Source: an archaeon
Lineage (GTDB): Archaea > Nanobdellota > Nanobdellia > Pacearchaeales > GW2011-AR1
Length of the DNA stretch: 57,811 bases
NCBI GenBank assembly: GCA_009992215.1
Contig: JAACWB010000007.1
Span: forward strand, 1-57,811
Direction of reading: 5' to 3'
Shown here: positions 9,899 through 20,400 of the stretch, piece by piece
Position numbering within the stretch: the stretch's first letter is position 1
Layout: each line of letters starts with the position of its first letter
Position numbers and translations under genes: made by a program
The notes under the pieces: generated by a model
Databases searched by the model: none
Told to the model about the DNA's origin: nothing
The model's input: only the letters and a program-made list of their open reading frames with translations

Positions 9899-10462
9899 TT
9901 ATTTGTGGAGTAGTTCATAATAAATTTCAGTTATTTCTGAATCAATTGATTTTCTAAACTGTTCAATTACTTGTATTTTGAAAGGTAAAATTTCTAAGGT
10001 TTTTTTATCAAATTGTGAAAGCTCATGAATTACGCAAGGGCCCCCGTGGTTTTTCCATTCGGTTTTGCTTGTAGTTACTGATAGATTTTCTTCGTATCCA
10101 AAATCAAATAAAATATTTGGAATAAAATTTTCAAGAGTTTTTTGAAATTTGTTTTTATTTAATTTTAATTTTTCTTTTAATTCTAAATATTCGGAATGTT
10201 CTAGTTTAAGTCCAGCATACGTTTTTGGAACAGCTCCAACATACACAAGTGGAAAATTATTCAATAAAAAAATTGCAGGACGAATTCTATCATTTGTACG
10301 TGGAAAATAATAACTGTTAACTTCTTCAGTTATTCCAATTTGATATTCATTTCCTTCTTTTGTTATTAAATGTGCAATAATAGCCGGAATGTGCTCTAAT
10401 TCAGAAATTAATTTTGAAAAAGTTGTAGCGACTTTTGTTTCGATTGTTTCCATTTTATACAA
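9899..10462 (-). CDS. hypothetical protein
   Basis: 187-aa ORF overlapping the upstream gene stop; no motif recognised. Confidence 0.55.
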   Translation of the reverse strand: MYKMETIETKVATTFSKLISELEHIPAIIAHLITKEGNEYQIGITEEVNSYYFPRTNDRIRPAIFLLNNFPLVYVGAVPKTYAGLKLEHSEYLELKEKLKLNKNKFQKTLENFIPNILFDFGYEENLSVTTSKTEWKNHGGPCVIHELSQFDKKTLEILPFKIQVIEQFRKSIDSEITEIYYELLHK

Positions 10463-11129
10463 TAACCATACTCATCACAAGTCCAATTGAGGCTATGATT
10501 GCTGCTGCCCACCATAAACTTTGTCTTCCAAAAAACATTTTTGTTCCATCAAGGTCTCCAAGTGGAATTACTTGGAAGAATGCGTAAACTAAATTTAATT
10601 TTGAGAAAAGTGGCATGTTAATTAAGTAACCTAAAACTGCAAATAAAAGATTTGCAATAATTCCGATAAATGCAATCCAACCCATTTCATCTTCTGTTAC
10701 TTCAGAATATTGATACATTTGCCATCTACGTGCAGTCCTGTAAACAGTTCCCTTTATTTCAAAAGTTAAACAAGCCATCCAATTAACTAACCCTACAGAA
10801 ATAAATTTAACAATTAATGGAATAAAAAATCCTGCGGGAAATTTTGATTTCATTTTTTGTGAATCTTTTAATCCGCTTATTCTTTTTGAAAAAGGATTTA
10901 TTGTAATTAGACGTTGAAATTCCCAAGTTTTAATTTCGATTTCTGCATCAAAAAAGAAAGCCATTATTTTTTTTGCAATAACGTTAATTAGGATTACCAA
11001 AAGTATTGTTCCAATAGAAGTAAAAATAAATGTTTGCCAGGCTTCCACGTTTTCTGCGTTAAGTGAAACTAGCGTTCCTAAAACAAGTGCAATACTTAAT
11101 ATTGAAAATATTTCCTTTTTACTAAACAT
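10455..11129 (-). CDS. M50/site-2-protease-like membrane protein, probably catalytically inactive
   Basis: IAFIGIIANL and FQVIPLGDLDG resemble AGPxxN and NLIPxxPLDG; HExxH replaced by NVIAK. Confidence 0.6.
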   Translation of the reverse strand: MFSKKEIFSILSIALVLGTLVSLNAENVEAWQTFIFTSIGTILLVILINVIAKKIMAFFFDAEIEIKTWEFQRLITINPFSKRISGLKDSQKMKSKFPAGFFIPLIVKFISVGLVNWMACLTFEIKGTVYRTARRWQMYQYSEVTEDEMGWIAFIGIIANLLFAVLGYLINMPLFSKLNLVYAFFQVIPLGDLDGTKMFFGRQSLWWAAAIIASIGLVMSMVIV

Positions 11130-11267
11130 GTGAAAAAAAGGTCTTTCTTTTTTATAAAATTGAGTGTTTGAAATCTTTTATTTTGCAGTGTAGATTTCCT
11201 TTAATTTTGTAGAATTCGTCTATTTTATCATGGAAAACTATTTAAATAAACTCAAATTAATTTTATT

Positions 11268-11564
11268 ATGAAGATTAAAAAAATAACAGAGGTTTTGGGA
11301 ACGAAAGTTTTCACAGATAATGGGGACCTTTTTGGTGAAATTGAAGAAGCAAATTTATATGAAAATAAAATTGATGGTTGGAGAATAAAGGTTGACTCAA
11401 GTTTATCTTCACTTCTTGGTGGAGCTAAAGGAGTTATTATTCCTCATAGATTTGTTAGAGCCATTAGTGATATTTGCATAATTAACAAAGCGGCAATGCC
11501 TAGTCAAGAATCTGATTTGACAGAGAATGAGACTATGGATTTGAGTGACGCTGACTTAATTTAA
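11268..11564 (+). CDS. PRC-barrel domain protein (CdpB-like)
   Basis: GTKVFTDNGDLFGEIEE, IIPHRFVRAISDICII. Confidence 0.85.
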   Translation: MKIKKITEVLGTKVFTDNGDLFGEIEEANLYENKIDGWRIKVDSSLSSLLGGAKGVIIPHRFVRAISDICIINKAAMPSQESDLTENETMDLSDADLI

Positions 11565-11568
11565 TTTT

Positions 11569-11674
11569 AATTTTGTTTCTTTTTGGTTATTTTGAAATGT
11601 TGAACCGACTAACACGTACCAAAGTATGCGCTGTAAATTGAAATTTTAAACTAATTCAAAAATAATTCAAAATT
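11569..11674 (+). repeat. 106-bp hairpin element, copy 1 (GTAC-core subtype), followed by the right half of a TTTAC-core copy at 11678-11731
   Basis: AATTTTGTTTCTTTTTG...CAAAAATAATTCAAAATT ends shared with copies at 32377, 34602, 37109 and 56422. Confidence 0.9.
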
Positions 11675-11773
11675 GGAAAAGTAAACAACACAAGAAAATG
11701 CCTCGTCTAAACGCAAAAATAATTCAAAATTGAGTGAAGAAATTTATTTAAAGGATTTTGTTTTATAATTACT

Positions 11774-12325
11774 ATGTCAACAATATTACAAAGTGCACTT
11801 CTTACTAATTTTTTGTATCCTCTGCTCTTAGTTTTCTTTATTGTTTTTGCAATTTTAGAAAAGACTGAAATGTTAGGAAAGGACAAAAAGCAACTTAATG
11901 CAGGAATTGGACTTATTGTTGCTTTGATTTTTGTTGGAGCTGTTTATCCAAAGTTAATTGTTGAAAACATTTTACAATATTTGTCAGTTGGATTAGTTAT
12001 AATTTTCATTTCTCTAATGCTTTGGGGATTTATTAGTGGAAATAAAGACTTTACTGTAACTGATAAAGATGGACTTAAAATAAATAAAGCATTTTTATTT
12101 TTGGTTCTTGGTTCACTTGTTTGTGCTATTCTTTGGGCAACAGGAATAGGTGGAAAAGTGATTGATGGACTTCTTTTAATTTTTGGAACACTTTTCAAAT
12201 CTGATTGGAGTAGTTCGTTTTGGGCAAATTTTGTTATCATTGCAATAATATTAATTGTTGTTGCACTTGTTACTGGTTGGAATCCTTTCAAGAAAAAATT
12301 TGATTGGTGGATTAGATTAAAATAG
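11774..12325 (+). CDS. multi-pass membrane protein, paralog 1 of 3
   Basis: LYPLLLVFFIVFAILEKT; closely similar to 12442..12963. Confidence 0.8.
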   Translation: MSTILQSALLTNFLYPLLLVFFIVFAILEKTEMLGKDKKQLNAGIGLIVALIFVGAVYPKLIVENILQYLSVGLVIIFISLMLWGFISGNKDFTVTDKDGLKINKAFLFLVLGSLVCAILWATGIGGKVIDGLLLIFGTLFKSDWSSSFWANFVIIAIILIVVALVTGWNPFKKKFDWWIRLK

Positions 12326-12406
12326 TTAATAGTATGTAGCTTGTAGTTGGTAGTTTCTGGAAATTTTACAAACTATTTACTAAATACTAATATCTACTAA
12401 CTATTA
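12323..12406. repeat. 7-nt periodic inverted repeat (TAGNNNN)n / (NNNNCTA)n
   Basis: tagttaa tagtatg tagcttg tagttgg faces tttacta aatacta atatcta ctaacta. Confidence 0.6.
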
Positions 12407-12441
12407 GAAATCTATATAAATGATTTTTAGCTTATTTTAAC

Positions 12442-12963
12442 ATGGCAACAATATTACAAAGTTCACTTTTGACGAATTTTTTATATCCGTTACTTTTAGT
12501 GTTCTTCTTGTCTTATGCTATTTTACAAAAAACAAAAATATTGGGAGATGGCAAACAACAACTTGATGCTGGTGTTTCATTAATTGTTTCATTAATTTTT
12601 GTTGGTGCGGTTTTTCCAAAATTAATTGTTGCTAATTTGGTTCAATTCATGAGTGTTGGACTTGTAATTATTTTTGTTGGTTTAATGCTTTGGGGATTTA
12701 TTAGTGGTAAAGGAGAATTTCCAGAGAAGACAGTTAAGAAATTAGGTTGGGTTGTTGGAATTGCTATTGTCTTTGCTGTTTTATGGGCTACAGGAATGGG
12801 TTCTCCAGTTGTTTTAGGTCTTCAAAAGTTAATGGCTTTCCTATTTGATTCAAATTGGAGTGGAACATTTTGGACTAATGCAATTTTTGTTGTTATAGTT
12901 GCTGCTGCTATTGCTCTTGTTATGAAGAAAGCGCCTGTTGTTGAAGAAAAGAAAGGTGACTAG
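12442..12963 (+). CDS. multi-pass membrane protein, paralog 2 of 3
   Basis: LYPLLLVFFLSYAILQKT. Confidence 0.8.
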   Translation: MATILQSSLLTNFLYPLLLVFFLSYAILQKTKILGDGKQQLDAGVSLIVSLIFVGAVFPKLIVANLVQFMSVGLVIIFVGLMLWGFISGKGEFPEKTVKKLGWVVGIAIVFAVLWATGMGSPVVLGLQKLMAFLFDSNWSGTFWTNAIFVVIVAAAIALVMKKAPVVEEKKGD

Positions 12964-13017
12964 AAATAGTTCTTTTTGAATAAAAACATATATAAACAAT
13001 TTTTCATATAAAATAAT

Positions 13018-13605
13018 ATGTTAGGTGGTATAATTTCACTCGCTTCTTATGGACTTAATACAGGTGGAACTGTTGGAAATATACTTTATCAATTAGAACA
13101 ACAAGGAGTTTTCTCTTATGTTTTACCTTTCTTGATGATTTTTGCAATAACTTATGGAATACTTGACAAGACTGGAATTTTCAAACAAAATAATATTAAT
13201 ATCATTTTATCTCTAGCTGTTAGTTTAATGGCTTTACAAATGAATTTTGTTTCATACTTTTTTAGAGAACTTTTCCCAAGAATGGGAGTTGTACTTTCAA
13301 TAATTTTAGTTATTGTAATTTTACTTGGTTTGTTTTTTGATTTGGATGAACCTTGGGTTAAAACAGGTATTGGTTTTTTTATGATTATTGGATTATTCAT
13401 AATAGTTTTTCAAAGTTTAGATATATTTAACTGGATTGGATTTAGTTGGGGAACTTCGAGTGGATTATATTATTGGTTCCAAAGAAATGGTATTGCGTTA
13501 ATTACAGGAATTTTTGTTATTGTCGGAATTATTATAATTGGGAAGAAAAAGACCCCACAAGCAGATAGTGTTGTTGAGCAAATTGCTGCAAAGAAAAAAG
13601 ATTAA
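13018..13605 (+). CDS. multi-pass membrane protein, paralog 3 of 3
   Basis: VLPFLMIFAITYGILDKT. Confidence 0.8.
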   Translation: MLGGIISLASYGLNTGGTVGNILYQLEQQGVFSYVLPFLMIFAITYGILDKTGIFKQNNINIILSLAVSLMALQMNFVSYFFRELFPRMGVVLSIILVIVILLGLFFDLDEPWVKTGIGFFMIIGLFIIVFQSLDIFNWIGFSWGTSSGLYYWFQRNGIALITGIFVIVGIIIIGKKKTPQADSVVEQIAAKKKD

Positions 13606-13625
13606 ATTTTTTTAGAATTATTAAT

Positions 13626-14357
13626 TTATAATTTTCCAGAAACTTTTGTAAAAGAATCTTCGACCATCTTTAATTCTTTTTTCATATAATCAAGTCCTTT
13701 TCCATATTCTCCTACTTTTTCCAGAATTGAGAGTTGCATTTTATCAAAACTTTTTTCCATTCTTTTTAGTCTTTCATTAATATTTTCAACTTTTGTTTCA
13801 AATATTGTCTTGAATTCACGAAATTCATGTAATTCTTTAGTTATCTTTCTTATTTTTTCTTCAAAAACTTGTTCCGCCACTTCAATTATTGTATCTGTAT
13901 TTTGAGGCATCCCATATCCTTCTTGTCCGCCATAATATTCTTCTTGTTCATAATTTTCTTGTGGGGCATATGAATCTTGTCCGTACCCTGCAAATGGTTC
14001 TTGGGCGGGATAACTTTCTTGTCCATAACCTTGAGAATATCCTTGGTTTTGCATTGGTTGTTGTGGATTATATTGTTGTTCCATTGTTTGCGGTGGTTGA
14101 GGAGAATAATTTTCCTCTGGTTTATACACGTTTTCTGTTGGTTCTTCTTTTTTTGGAAGAGTTTCGTTAAAATCCATGATTGAAGGGTTCATTCCTTCTG
14201 TTGGATTTGTATCAACAACAGCTTCTTTAATTTTTGACTGATTTAGTGCATCAGAAATTTCCATTGGACTTATTCCTTCTGCTCTAAGTGTAGCGATTAT
14301 TTCACCTTCTCCCTTTCCCTCTTTTTTTAGTTGCATTACTCTTTCTAATGCTGCCAT
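13626..14357 (-). CDS. hypothetical protein with Q/Y/P-rich linker and C-terminal coiled coil
   Basis: Low-complexity middle, IIEVAEQVFEEK, coiled coil; lies next to the pilus ATPase. Confidence 0.75.
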   Translation of the reverse strand: MAALERVMQLKKEGKGEGEIIATLRAEGISPMEISDALNQSKIKEAVVDTNPTEGMNPSIMDFNETLPKKEEPTENVYKPEENYSPQPPQTMEQQYNPQQPMQNQGYSQGYGQESYPAQEPFAGYGQDSYAPQENYEQEEYYGGQEGYGMPQNTDTIIEVAEQVFEEKIRKITKELHEFREFKTIFETKVENINERLKRMEKSFDKMQLSILEKVGEYGKGLDYMKKELKMVEDSFTKVSGKL

Positions 14358-14404
14358 GATTTTTTAAGGGATTAATTGTTTTTTAAGGTTTCTCTAGTGA
14401 AAAA

Positions 14405-14746
14405 TTATTTTTTGTGATGTGTTTCTAAGTCGGACTTTTTTACAAACTCCATTGGTTGAAACATTTTTGCTTGTTTAACTAAAATATCTAAATCTTCTTT
14501 TTTTGCAAACTTTCCAACTTCTCCGGAGAGAGTTTCAATGAAATCTCTAATCTTTTCAACATTATTGTTAAGTGTTTCAATATCTTTTTTCATTTCTAAA
14601 ATTTCATCTTCTGTTTTGTCTCTAAAATCAATTAAGTTTTGTCCAATAAGAATTAATCTATCTTTTAGGTTCCTGTTTCTTTCTTCTAAATCTCTAATTG
14701 AACTTGCGCCGTACTGGTCTTCAGAATAATTAGCACCTTCTTCCAT
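14405..14746 (-). CDS. coiled-coil hypothetical protein
   Basis: Likely start MEEGANY at 14746; heptad pattern. Confidence 0.7.
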   Translation of the reverse strand: MEEGANYSEDQYGASSIRDLEERNRNLKDRLILIGQNLIDFRDKTEDEILEMKKDIETLNNNVEKIRDFIETLSGEVGKFAKKEDLDILVKQAKMFQPMEFVKKSDLETHHKK

Positions 14747-14796
14747 AATTATTTTAGTGATTAATAGTTTAAAATGTTTTAGGAGTTTGTAAGCTG

Positions 14797-14862
14797 GAAA
14801 ATAAATTTTGCGATTGATATTAAAAACATCCCGCCCACCCACCCAATACAAAAATTTATTTT
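14797..14862. repeat. C-tract-loop hairpin element, copy 4
   Basis: GAAAATAAATTTT/AAAATTTATTTTC stem around CCCGCCCACCCACCC. Confidence 0.8.
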
Positions 14863-14946
14863 CTAAAAAATTAAGTAATTCGTAGTAAACAATGGAAGAT
14901 ATCTCTTTACAACAATTAATATAAAGTATTTTTCTTTATTTTTTAT

Positions 14947-17244
14947 ATGGCAGAAGAGGTGAACCAAACAAAGAGAACTCCCAATTATACTGTTGAGAGA
15001 AAAGGAAGTGAAGATATTCTTTATATGGATTTTAAGACTGCAAAATTTTCTCCTAGTTTATCTGATAACCCAATAGTTATGGAAATGGTTGTTGATGCTT
15101 TGATTGAAAACCAAAATGTTACAAGAATTATTTTTGTACAAGAAAAAAATTATAATTATGATTTTCGTGAAACAAATTATCTTTTAGAAATTGCAAGCGC
15201 TTATGTTTATTTTACAAGACAAGAACAAATTTTGTCACATAACAAACTTGTTACAACACATGAAGAGTTTTTCCCTAAAAGATATAATGAACTTTTTACT
15301 TTTCTTAGTTACTTTAAGCGAGATCCTTTTTTAGCATATTTTGAATTAAGAAAAATTTTAATTGAAGCTAGAATTTTTTTGAATAAATGTCCTACTGAAT
15401 TGAAAAGTGATCAAGGAAATTATGTTAGATTTTTAGAAAAGATATTTAGTTTTTTTGAAGCAACAAAATTAATACAGGCTGCGCTTCCTTATTTGTCTGA
15501 TTATAAAAAGGGAGATAGACAAATTTATCATAGATTTTTCAAGCCAGATATTATTCCTAATTTTACTTTTACAAGATTGGTTCAAGATTTGCCACTTGAT
15601 TCAGAAATAGTTGATCAATATACAATTCAAGGGGAAGATTATGATCAGAGTACAATTACTGTTTTGAAATTGGTTGATCAGTCAAAGTTTTTTTATCATA
15701 TAACTCCGCCTGAAAGCACTTTAACTGAAGATGAAAACTCTTTACTTAAACTTGCTCGTGGTGTTTTAATTGAACATCAACCAAAGGCAGAGGAATTTGT
15801 TGATACTGAAAGGACTCGTCAAGTTTTTTTTAATATTGCAAAAGATTTGGTTCGTGATTTGGCACAATCAAAGGGACTTAATATTAATTTTTCAAGATTA
15901 AATAAATTGGCAAAAATTCTTGTTCGTCATACAATTGGTTTTGGTTTGGTTGAGGTTTTACTTCAAGATAAAAATACTCAAGATATTTCTTTGAATGCGC
16001 CTATTTCAATGACTCCAATTTATTTGAAACATGGAAAGTACGGGGAATGTGAAACAAATATTTTACCAAGTCGTGAAGATAGTGATTCTTGGGCTGCGAA
16101 ATTTAGAATGCTTTCAGGTAGGCCACTTGATGAAGCAAATCCAATTTTAGATACACAATTAGAAATTGAAGGAGATTTAAGAGCCAGAATTGCAATTATA
16201 CAAAATCCTCTTAGCCCTGATGGTTTGGCGTATTCAATTAGAAGACATAGAGAATCTCCTTGGACATTACCTTTATTTGTTCAAAATAAAATGCTTAATC
16301 CTTTCGCTGCTGGTTTACTTAGTTTTTTAATTGATGGTGCTAGGACAATTCTTGTTGCTGGAACTCGTTCAAGTGGTAAGACTTCTTTACTTGGAAGTAT
16401 GATGCTTGAAATTAATACGAAGTCTAGAATAATTACTGTTGAAGATTCTTTAGAACTTCCAATTGAAGCTCTTCGTCGATTAAAGTATAATATTTTACGA
16501 ATGAAGGTTCGTTCGGCTTTACTTAAAGGAACAAGTGAAGTTAGTGCTGAAGATGGAATTAGAACTTCCTTACGTTTAGGAGATTCATGTTTGATTGTTG
16601 GTGAAGTGCGTAGTGGTGAAGCAAAGGCTTTGTATGAAGCAATGAGAGTTGGTGCATTAGCAAATGTTGTAGCGGGTACAATTCACGGTGCGAGCCCTTA
16701 TGGGGTATATGACAGAGTTGTAAATGATTTGGAAGTTCCGGCAACTTCATTTAAAGCGACAGATATAATTGCTATAGCTAATCCAATAAAGTCTGCAGAT
16801 GGCCTACATTCATGGAGAAGACTTTTAGAAATAACTGAAGTTAGAAAACATTGGACTAAAGATCCTCTTTTAGAAAAAGGATTTGTTGATTTGATGGCAT
16901 ATAGCGTTGAGAAAGATGAAATTTTTCCTACAGATGATTTAATTAACGGAGATTCAGATGTGATAAAAGATATTGCTTCAAAAGTTAAAGGTTGGGCGGG
17001 AAATTGGGATGCAGTTTATGATAATATTTTGCTTCGTGCAAAAATGAAAAAAGAAATAGTTGATGTTAGTGAAAAGTCTGGGGACAAAAATCTGTTAGAA
17101 GCAGAATTTAATACGAGGGCTAACCATGAATTTCATAAAATTTCTGATGCTGCAATAGAAGAAGTTGGGCTTCCTACAAGTGAATATGTTTTTCCTCGTT
17201 GGCAAGAATGGTTAAATAAAGAAGTTAGAAAAAGAAGCATCTAA
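14947..17244 (+). CDS. type IV pilus / type II-IV secretion assembly ATPase (FlaI/TadA/VirB11 family)
   Basis: Walker A GTRSSGKTS, TVEDSLEL, SLRLGD, VGEVR, GTIHG. Confidence 0.93.
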   Translation: MAEEVNQTKRTPNYTVERKGSEDILYMDFKTAKFSPSLSDNPIVMEMVVDALIENQNVTRIIFVQEKNYNYDFRETNYLLEIASAYVYFTRQEQILSHNKLVTTHEEFFPKRYNELFTFLSYFKRDPFLAYFELRKILIEARIFLNKCPTELKSDQGNYVRFLEKIFSFFEATKLIQAALPYLSDYKKGDRQIYHRFFKPDIIPNFTFTRLVQDLPLDSEIVDQYTIQGEDYDQSTITVLKLVDQSKFFYHITPPESTLTEDENSLLKLARGVLIEHQPKAEEFVDTERTRQVFFNIAKDLVRDLAQSKGLNINFSRLNKLAKILVRHTIGFGLVEVLLQDKNTQDISLNAPISMTPIYLKHGKYGECETNILPSREDSDSWAAKFRMLSGRPLDEANPILDTQLEIEGDLRARIAIIQNPLSPDGLAYSIRRHRESPWTLPLFVQNKMLNPFAAGLLSFLIDGARTILVAGTRSSGKTSLLGSMMLEINTKSRIITVEDSLELPIEALRRLKYNILRMKVRSALLKGTSEVSAEDGIRTSLRLGDSCLIVGEVRSGEAKALYEAMRVGALANVVAGTIHGASPYGVYDRVVNDLEVPATSFKATDIIAIANPIKSADGLHSWRRLLEITEVRKHWTKDPLLEKGFVDLMAYSVEKDEIFPTDDLINGDSDVIKDIASKVKGWAGNWDAVYDNILLRAKMKKEIVDVSEKSGDKNLLEAEFNTRANHEFHKISDAAIEEVGLPTSEYVFPRWQEWLNKEVRKRSI

Positions 17245-17445
17245 CCTTTCTTGGCTTACAAAGAATTTATTTTTGCTTTCTTTGTAGTGCTCGTTAAAAT
17301 TTTTAAAATGGTTTGGGTTTAACAGTGGCTTACAAAGATTTGGTTGTCGTTATCTTTGTAGTGAAGAATGGTTAAATAAGAAAGTTATAAAAATTATTTG
17401 TAGGTAATTTTATAAATTGGAAGTTATTATTTCTTTTGAGAGAGG

Positions 17446-20400
17446 ATGAACAGAAGAGATAAATATATTTTTGGAATTTTATTTTTAGTAGTGCTAGCAG
17501 TATTTTTTCTTAATTTTGGATTTAAATTTACTGGGCATGCCATTACAGATTCAGGTTCAGATAATTTGAATGAATGGACAATGTTTGGTAGAACTTTAAA
17601 TAAAATAGATTGGGATTTTCAAAATTATCCCATTATTTCTGGTTTAAACAATCTGTTTTCCACACATGGAACTACAGGTAAACCAATAATAATTGATGGT
17701 TTTGTTTATGTTCAAGAGGGAGGAGAACTTAAACAATTAAATGCAAGCAAAGTAACTCAATTAATTTCATCAACTTCTCTAGGTTTTGCTGGTTCTGGAG
17801 GACCTGTTTATTTTGATGGCTCAATATATTTTATGGCTTATATTTCTGGTTATAAGTTATTTCGTTTAAATTCAAGTAATCTTACACAAGTATTAGATCA
17901 ATTTAATCCAAGCGGATTAATTAGTGGAAATCTCCTTCTTCGTGATGGTTTTATTTATTTTGGTGATCAATCAGGTAGATTTTATATGCTTAATGCAACA
18001 AACTTCAGTCAACAAAATATTTTTTATTATGGACCAGGAACTTTTGGACAAGAAATAATTCTTGGAGATTTTATTTATGCAACGAAATTTTTTAATAATG
18101 GAACATTATATCAATTAAATGCAAGTAATATAAGTCAAGTAATTTCAAATATAAATTATTCTGGATCTTCATCTTCTCTTATTGGGGTAAGTGATTTAAT
18201 TTATATTTCTTTTAACAAAAGTATTTATCAATTGAATTCAAGTAATTTGAGTCAAATTATTTCTCAATATTATTCTGGAGAAGATCTTCGTGATTTGTCT
18301 TACTCAAATGGTTATTTTTATTTTTCTTCTAATGCAAATAAATTATATCAGGTTAATGCAAGTAACATAACACAAGTTATTGCAATTAATAATTTGGCTA
18401 CTTCTTCAATCTCTTGGTCAATTCCAGTTAATAATGAATATTGTTATTTTTCAGATGGTGCGGGAATAGCATATCAAGTTAATGCAAGTAACGTTAGTCA
18501 ATTGATTGCAAAAACCCCTTTGTATGGAGAATCTTCTTATGGTTTTTCTATTTCAGATAATTATATTTATGGGGTTAGGTATAATTCATCAACTAATGAA
18601 CATGGGTTAGTTCAACTAAATGCAGAAAATATTTCTCTTGAAAATAATGTTAATGATGTGGTTTTTTCAAATTTAAATGACAACTCTGGAACTTTGATAG
18701 ATGCAGGTGTTGCTGAATTTAATGTCACAATACAGGATTCAAATGGGACAGTGTATTTGAATATAGATAATCAAAATTATTCGGCAATAAATTTAGGTGG
18801 AAATAATTATGAGGTCAATTTAACTTTGAATCCTGGAGACTATAATTACCATTGGATTTCTTTTAATTTGATTGATGAATTTTTTTCTTCAATAACAAAT
18901 AGTTATGTTTTTACTTCTACGCCTGTTGTTTCAGGAGGAAGTAGTTCTTCGAGTTCAGGTGGATCTACTGGTTTGGTTGCAGAATCTTATGATTTGGGAG
19001 ATTTGGAGAATATTGATTCAAAGGTTATAAATTTAAAATATGGTGGAAAGATTTCTTTTGATTTAAAGAATATACAATATAATATTTCATTGAAAAATAT
19101 TAATCGAGTGATTGATAATGTTACTTTAGAAATTTTACCTATTAAGAAAGATGTTGTGTTGAAACCAAATGAAAGTCAAGATATTGATTTGAACGGTGAT
19201 TTGGTTTATGACCTTAATTTAGGGGTTGGAAAAATTTCAGTTGATGAAGTTGAAGTTCAACTTGCACTAAAAAGAAAACCAATTGTTAGAACAGATGGCG
19301 AACCTATAGTAAAATCAGTTGCTGATACAAGTGGGGAAATAAAACAATTTGAATCTGTGGCTTCAAGTATATTTGGAGGAATTTTGGATTTATTTAATAC
19401 GAATAAATTTAAATGTAAAAAAATTGGTGAACACATTTGGGTGAATAATTTAAATTTTTGTGTAAGTTCAAAGATTAAACCTACTGTTGATAATTTGAAA
19501 GTTTTGATTTTTTTGAAAAAGTCTGTTCCTTTTGGGAAATCTTTTGTACAAATTGAAAAAATTCAAAAGTATGATTGTAATGGTTGTTTTTCTATTAATG
19601 TTCTTGTTAATGGAAAATCAAAAATTTATAATATTCAAGATTGGAAATTAGTTGATAATATTTGTGTGCCTATAACTTGTATTAGTGATGGGCGTAGATG
19701 TGGAGAAATATCTGATGGTTGTGGGAGAACATTAACATGTGGAACTTGTTCATGGGATTATGTTTGTAGTAAAGAGGGGGTTTGTATTCCTCCGGTTGTT
19801 TCTATTGGTTGTAGTGATAGTGATTCAGGTAAAAATTATTTAGTTCAAGGAGAAACAAAAGATAGGGCAGGAACCCAATTAGATTATTGTAATGGAAATA
19901 CTTTGGTTGAAGGTGTTTGTAGTGGACTTAAGAAAACTTCTGTTAATTATGAGTGTCCGAATGGATGTAAAGGTGGGGCATGCTTGCCTGAGCCTTGGTG
20001 TACTGATGATGACGCTATAAATGATATTTTTGTATTTGGAACAACAACAAATACTGGAGGACCATATGTCTTTAATGATGTTTGTGATTTATATAAAAAT
20101 AATACTGTGACTCAATATTATTGTAGAACTGATAAAGAGGTTATTGGTTCTTTGAGTTCTGATTGTACATTTGATTGTGTAAATGGTGCTTGTGTTAAGG
20201 GAACCTGTAGTGATAGTGATTTGAATGATTCAAAGATAAAGGGGACTGTTACTGATTATTTTGGAAAACATGAAGATTATTGTTCTACTGCATTAACTCT
20301 TGCTGAGGGTACTTGTGGAGCGGTTTCACAAGGGTCTCAATACAAAAAAGAATTTATTTATTGCCCTTATGGATGTCAAGATGGAAAATGTCTTGAAAGC

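Noticed and set aside
14747-14851. N-terminal extension of the 148-aa ORF (MYWVGGRD...)
   Set aside because: It runs through the promoter and the C-loop hairpin element; the ATG at 14746 is more credible
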